Positions 63,798-64,000 of a stretch of 64,000 bases of DNA are shown one piece after another (the stretch's first letter is position 1; each line of letters starts with the position of its first letter). The stretch covers positions 62,001-126,000 of the forward strand of contig OZ025742.1 of assembly GCA_964019335.1 (NCBI GenBank). The letters run 5' to 3'. The notes below the pieces were generated by a model. That model saw nothing but the letters and a program-made list of their open reading frames with translations. It was not told where the DNA came from and made no database searches. The position numbers and the translations under genes are program-made. The stretch comes from Diplonema japonicum (taxonomy: Eukaryota; Protista; Euglenozoa: Diplonemea).

Positions 63798-64000
63798 AAA
63801 AAAAAAAAGGAAAAAAAAAAAAAAAAAAAAGAAAAGGAAACGTAGCGTAACGGTAAAGGAAGATTACCCGCCACATTTATTTGCCTGTACACAAGAGGCA
63901 CTTATTTGAACACCGTTCTTTCCCCCGTTCTTGATCTACTTGATAAAACTTTTTAACAAGAGGGAGGGGAAAAAAAAAAGAAGAAGAAAAGATGGACAGG

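Noticed and set aside
63992-64000. ATG after an A/G-rich leader at the window end
   Set aside because: Probably the next gene start, but only three codons are visible.
1-64000. tRNA, rRNA, CRISPR arrays, autonomous transposon ORFs
   Set aside because: None recognised by eye.

Overview
Eukaryotic genomic DNA, most likely from a euglenozoan. The all-one-strand gene order, GTATG-type cis-introns and gene content suggest a diplonemid, but this is inference. About 29 protein-coding genes and two decayed gene remnants all lie on the + strand, separated by spacers built largely of A/T/C/G homopolymer tracts. Thirteen very short (39-54 nt) GT-AG introns rejoin ORFs that the ORF track splits. Most are filled with poly(A) and lack a polypyrimidine tract, and six end in (A)nAG|G. 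The most striking locus is a near-identical tandem pair of GILT-family thiol reductase genes (25568-26242, 26931-27605). In both, the active-site CxxC is read as TGA-Pro-Gly-Cys (UxxC, predicted selenocysteine). The UGA is followed 3 nt later by an in-CDS stem-loop resembling an SRE or bacterial-type SECIS, and I could not find a canonical eukaryotic SECIS in the 3' UTR by eye. Other notable items: a double-length mitochondrial carrier, a TM/pseudo-cyclase/kinase fusion, a pseudo-ATPase, a double F-box protein, a decayed tandem duplication, a dispersed 44-bp motif and a hairpin-rich element near 62.1-62.4 kb. All calls were made by eye with no database searches.
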